This document shows, piece after piece, positions 28,548-32,000 of a stretch of 32,000 nucleotides of DNA. The position numbers were made by a program, and so were the translations under genes. Source of the DNA: Pseudodesulfovibrio piezophilus C1TLV30 (GTDB taxonomy: Bacteria; Desulfobacterota; Desulfovibrionia; Desulfovibrionales; Desulfovibrionaceae); assembly GCF_000341895.1 (NCBI RefSeq), contig NC_020409.1, positions 600,001 through 632,000 on the forward strand, written 5' to 3'. Positions within the stretch are counted from its first letter, which is position 1, and each line of letters opens with the position of its first letter. The notes under the pieces were generated by a model, which was not told where the DNA came from, did not search any database, and worked only from the letters and a program-made list of their open reading frames with translations.

Positions 28548-29276
28548 GTGATTTCTTTCAAAAATGTTAACAAATGGTATGGGGATTTCCATGTCCTCAA
28601 TAATATCAACCTTACTATACAAAAAGGCGAAGTTGTGGTTATCTGTGGCCCTTCAGGCTCAGGAAAATCCACATTGATTCGGTGCATAAACCGACTTGAG
28701 CCGACCCAGGAGGGAGACATTCTGGTTGATGGCATGAATGTCTCAGACCCTCGGACCAATATGGCCCTGCTTCGGGCAGAAGTCGGTTTTGTCTTTCAGC
28801 AGTTTAATCTGTACCCGCACATGACTGTACTGGAAAACATACTTCTTGCTCCCACTATGGTTCGCCATCAAAGCAAGGGAGACGCGACAGCATTGGCCAT
28901 GGAGTTACTTAAAAAAGTTGATATTCCCGACAAAGCCGGCGCATATCCATCGCAACTTTCCGGAGGCCAACAACAACGCGTCGCCATAGCCAGAGGTTTG
29001 GCTATGCAACCTAAAATCATGCTTTTTGACGAACCGACTTCAGCTCTTGACCCGGAGATGATCAACGAAGTCCTGGACGTCATGAAATCTCTTGCCCGTG
29101 AGGGCATGACCATGATCTGCGTAACACATGAAATGGGATTTGCCCGCGAAGTTGCTGACCGCGTCATCTTTATGGATGGCGGTAACCTCATTGAAGAAAA
29201 CACACCCGAAGAATTCTTCAATAACCCTCAAAGTGAACGCACAAAGGACTTCCTCAGCAAGATCCTTAGCCATTAG
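28548..29276 (+). CDS. Polar amino-acid ABC transporter, ATP-binding protein
   Basis: It has Walker [10 protein letters not shown], the signature [13 protein letters not shown], Walker [12 protein letters not shown] and the H-loop THEMGFA. The start is GTG 28548, with GGGGAG 6 nt upstream. Confidence 0.9.
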   Translation: MISFKNVNKWYGDFHVLNNINLTIQKGEVVVICGPSGSGKSTLIRCINRLEPTQEGDILVDGMNVSDPRTNMALLRAEVGFVFQQFNLYPHMTVLENILLAPTMVRHQSKGDATALAMELLKKVDIPDKAGAYPSQLSGGQQQRVAIARGLAMQPKIMLFDEPTSALDPEMINEVLDVMKSLAREGMTMICVTHEMGFAREVADRVIFMDGGNLIEENTPEEFFNNPQSERTKDFLSKILSH

Positions 29277-29348
29277 TTAAGGTATATATGCTCGACGGCA
29301 GTGTGCTGGTCGGGCTTGTGTTTTGAACTCAACTGTTAGGAGAGGTAA

Positions 29349-30176
29349 ATGAGAGTTCTCAAAATCACTGTCCTGGCCGCTTTGCTGGTCATGGCTGCTT
29401 CCGTAGCCGCTTTCGCAGGTCCCACTTATGACCGCGTCATGTCCACCAAGGTTGTCAAGGCTGGTCTTTCAAACCAAGGTATTCCCTTTGGTTTCATTGA
29501 TGAAAAAAATGAGTGGGTCGGCTTTGATGTCGACATGGCTACCGAAATAGCCAAGCGCCTTGGTGCCAAGCTCGAAAAGGTCGTCGTTAACAACAACACA
29601 CGTATTTCCTTTGTTCAGACCAATCCGCCCAAGGTTGATATGGTCCTGTCAAACATGACTCACAAACGCGTCCGTGATGAGAAGATTGATTTTTCCATCA
29701 CCTACTTCTTTGATGGCCAAAAATTCTTGGCAAAAAAAGGCGCAGTTAAAGATATCAAGGATCTGGCAAACTTGAAAGTTGGTTCCATGCAAGGAACAAC
29801 TTCTATTGTCAATGCAACAGAATACCTGAAGAAACTTGGCAATCCGTCCCCGAAAGTAACAGGCTATGATGGCGAAGTTGCCATGTTTGAGGCTCTGCGC
29901 TCCGGCCGTGTCCAAGCTATTACCACTGACTCCACAATTCTTCTTGGATATGCAGCAAAGATTCCCGGCCAGTTCGAATTGGTTGGAGATTTCATCTCCG
30001 ATGAGCCGTATGGCATCGGCCTGCCCCAAGATGACTCTGCTTGGCGTGACGCCATCAACTTCACAGTGCAGGATATGTGGAAAGACGGCACCTACATGAC
30101 CATCTACAATAAATGGTTCGGTCCTGAGTCTTCCTATCCGTTCCCCATGACTTCCAAGATCGAAATGTGGCCTTAA
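29349..30176 (+). CDS. Polar amino-acid ABC transporter, periplasmic substrate-binding protein (family 3)
   Basis: It has the signal peptide MRVLKITVLAALLVMAASVAAFA and type-3 SBP features (GFDVDMATEIAKRLG, DMVLSNMT, GIGLPQDD). It lies between the ATPase and permease genes. Confidence 0.85.
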   Translation: MRVLKITVLAALLVMAASVAAFAGPTYDRVMSTKVVKAGLSNQGIPFGFIDEKNEWVGFDVDMATEIAKRLGAKLEKVVVNNNTRISFVQTNPPKVDMVLSNMTHKRVRDEKIDFSITYFFDGQKFLAKKGAVKDIKDLANLKVGSMQGTTSIVNATEYLKKLGNPSPKVTGYDGEVAMFEALRSGRVQAITTDSTILLGYAAKIPGQFELVGDFISDEPYGIGLPQDDSAWRDAINFTVQDMWKDGTYMTIYNKWFGPESSYPFPMTSKIEMWP

Positions 30177-30198
30177 GCCCAGAGCTGAACGCCAAACC

Positions 30199-30226
30199 AG
30201 GTCCCGAAGCCCCGGCTTCGGGACCT
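30199..30226 (+). terminator. Intercistronic hairpin between the binding-protein and permease genes (partial terminator or mRNA stabiliser)
   Basis: AGGTCCCGAAGCC pairs with GGCTTCGGGACCT in perfect 13-nt arms around a CC centre. TTT follows the stem. Confidence 0.5.
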
Positions 30227-30243
30227 TTGCTTCGGATATATAC

Positions 30244-32000
30244 ATGCTGAAAAGATATTTTGAAAAGGCCTGGGTTCAGAACCTCACCCTGCTGGCAATG
30301 CTCGGCTTGGTGGTTTGTTATTTCACCTTTTTCTTCGAATTCAAATACGACTTTGACTGGGCCGTCTTCGTCACCGAAGGTCAGTATGGGCACATGGGAC
30401 ATCTGATGCTCAACGGTCTCAACCTGACCCTGACGATTACTATATACTCAGCCGTCATAGCGCTCCTCTTCGGAACTATTTTCGGATTGGCCAGACTTTC
30501 GAGTTTCAAACCCGTATACTGGTTTGCAACCTGTTACGTCGAGCTATTCCGCAATACCCCACTTCTCATTCAGCTCTTTTTCTGGAACTTTGCATTCCCC
30601 TATGCATTTCCTGATGAAATCAGATTTAAAATTTTTGAACTTGATTTTGAATTCTGGGTAGCTACAATCGGTTGTGGCATCTTCACAGGCGCATTCATGG
30701 CTGAAATTATCCGAGCCGGTATACAATCTATTCCCAAAGGATTACTGGAAGCTTCCTACTCATCAGGTTTGAACTTCACACAAACTCTACGCAAGGTTAT
30801 CCTGCCACTGGCTTTTCGAGAAATTATCCCCCCCTTGGGAAGTGAATTTCTCAACAATATGAAAAATACATCCCTTGCCATGACCATCGGAGTGACCGAA
30901 CTTTTTTGGTCCATGCAGGAAGTTCTTTCACTGACATACCGCACATTCGAATCCATTACCGCTGCTACCGTTATTTACTTGATACTCTCGCTGACGATTG
31001 CGTGTATTCTCAATATAGTAAACGAAAAACTCAAGATCATGCCAAGAGGCGAGACGTCTTTCCTCCGGCGGATTGCCGATATTGTTTTCATGCCCTTTGG
31101 CCTAATAGGCTCCAGTCTTGAATACATATTCTGGTACTTTAGAAAACCTCCCGAAGCTCGCACGGTTTCACCGTTTCGCCGCCTGCTTCATACAAGTGTG
31201 AAAACCCTGATACAAGCGGCAAAGACTCTCTTTGTCATCGCCCTGCTGTATCTCATCTATTTAATAATAATGGCTGTCGCTGCCTTTAATTTTGATGTAA
31301 TCTTTGCAAACTTGAAGTCATTGCTCATTTGGAGATTTCCAAAGGGAGATGATACAGAATTCTTCATGGGACTTGGAGGCCTCTCGGGCTCCCTGCTCAT
31401 TTCGATATTCTCTATCAGTGGTAGCTTTATCATTGGCCTCTTCATCGGTATGGGGCGTACAGCAAAGAACAGGGCCATCAAAATCCCCTGTATGCTTTAC
31501 ATCGAATTAGTCCGTGGAATTCCCCTACTCCTCGTCATTTTCTGGTTTTATCAAGTCGTGCTGGATTTTGTTTTCAAAATCGATATTCACGCCTTCTGGG
31601 CTGGCACCATTGCCTTGACCTTCTTCTTTGGTGCGTATGTCGCAGAGACTGTCCGTGGGGGCATTGAAAATATTCCTGTGGGCCAAGTTGAAGCAGCAAA
31701 AGCCTCCGGGTTGAGTTACTTCCAGACCATGCGCAAAATAGTCCTCCCACAAGCTCTCAAACAAATGCTTCCTGCTTTGGTAGGGATGTTCATCGCTGCC
31801 TTCAAGGATACTTCTCTGCTCTACATCATCGGCGTCATGGATCTGACCCGAGCTGCCTACGCAGTCAACAACAGGCTTATGATTTATCCCTTTGAAATCT
31901 ATACCACTGTCGTGGTCTTGTATTTCATGTTCAGTTACATTATGAGCCTCTATGCAAAACGACTGGAAAGAAAACTCAGTCCAGAAAACATCCGTATTGA
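30244..32000 (+). CDS. Fused tandem permease of the polar amino-acid ABC transporter (two membrane domains in one ORF). The 3' end is off the window.
   Basis: I read the frame by hand from ATG 30244 to the window edge and found no stop codon. It is absent from the supplied track, presumably because it has no stop in the window. The first EAA-loop region is LLEASYSSGLNFTQTLRKVILPLAFREIIPPLGSEFLNNMKNTSL. The second is VEAAKASGLSYFQTMRKIVLPQALKQMLPALVGMFIAAFKDTSL. They are joined by a linker of roughly 100 aa that contains hydrophobic helices. Confidence 0.8.
   Translation, partial: MLKRYFEKAWVQNLTLLAMLGLVVCYFTFFFEFKYDFDWAVFVTEGQYGHMGHLMLNGLNLTLTITIYSAVIALLFGTIFGLARLSSFKPVYWFATCYVELFRNTPLLIQLFFWNFAFPYAFPDEIRFKIFELDFEFWVATIGCGIFTGAFMAEIIRAGIQSIPKGLLEASYSSGLNFTQTLRKVILPLAFREIIPPLGSEFLNNMKNTSLAMTIGVTELFWSMQEVLSLTYRTFESITAATVIYLILSLTIACILNIVNEKLKIMPRGETSFLRRIADIVFMPFGLIGSSLEYIFWYFRKPPEARTVSPFRRLLHTSVKTLIQAAKTLFVIALLYLIYLIIMAVAAFNFDVIFANLKSLLIWRFPKGDDTEFFMGLGGLSGSLLISIFSISGSFIIGLFIGMGRTAKNRAIKIPCMLYIELVRGIPLLLVIFWFYQVVLDFVFKIDIHAFWAGTIALTFFFGAYVAETVRGGIENIPVGQVEAAKASGLSYFQTMRKIVLPQALKQMLPALVGMFIAAFKDTSLLYIIGVMDLTRAAYAVNNRLMIYPFEIYTTVVVLYFMFSYIMSLYAKRLERKLSPENIRI

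Overview
The window is an almost entirely + strand block of anaerobic energy-metabolism genes. Its content resembles a Desulfovibrio-type sulfate-reducer chromosome, but that taxon is only an inference from gene content. No database search was possible, so every call rests on motifs read from the translations.

Gene order:
1. An MFS-like membrane domain fused to an ApbE flavin transferase (its 5' end is off the window).
2. A DctB/DctD-like sensor kinase and sigma-54 activator.
3. An exact sigma-54 promoter.
4. A C4-dicarboxylate operon: a possible 51-codon leader ORF, Wolinella-type frdCAB, a two-subunit class I fumarase, a malic enzyme and a DASS transporter.
5. A decaheme cytochrome c followed by rnfCDGEAB.
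6. ackA and pyruvate:ferredoxin oxidoreductase.
7. A two-gene minus-strand islet: a YgiW-like OB-fold protein and a nickel superoxide dismutase with a Sec-type signal peptide.
8. L-serine dehydratase.
9. A polar amino-acid ABC transporter: ATPase, binding protein, and a fused double permease that runs off the 3' edge.

I recognised no rRNA, tRNA, CRISPR array, transposase or integrase.

The strongest candidate for something undescribed is the Rnf locus. RnfC appears to have lost its FMN/NADH-site motifs. RnfB carries a complete GltD/NfnB-like FAD/NAD(P)H oxidoreductase module. The operon is headed by a membrane-anchored decaheme cytochrome. The only ApbE maturase in view is fused to a transporter-like domain.

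Other points of interest are the exported NiSOD with no SodX peptidase nearby, and the sigma-54 leader with its translationally coupled small ORF.
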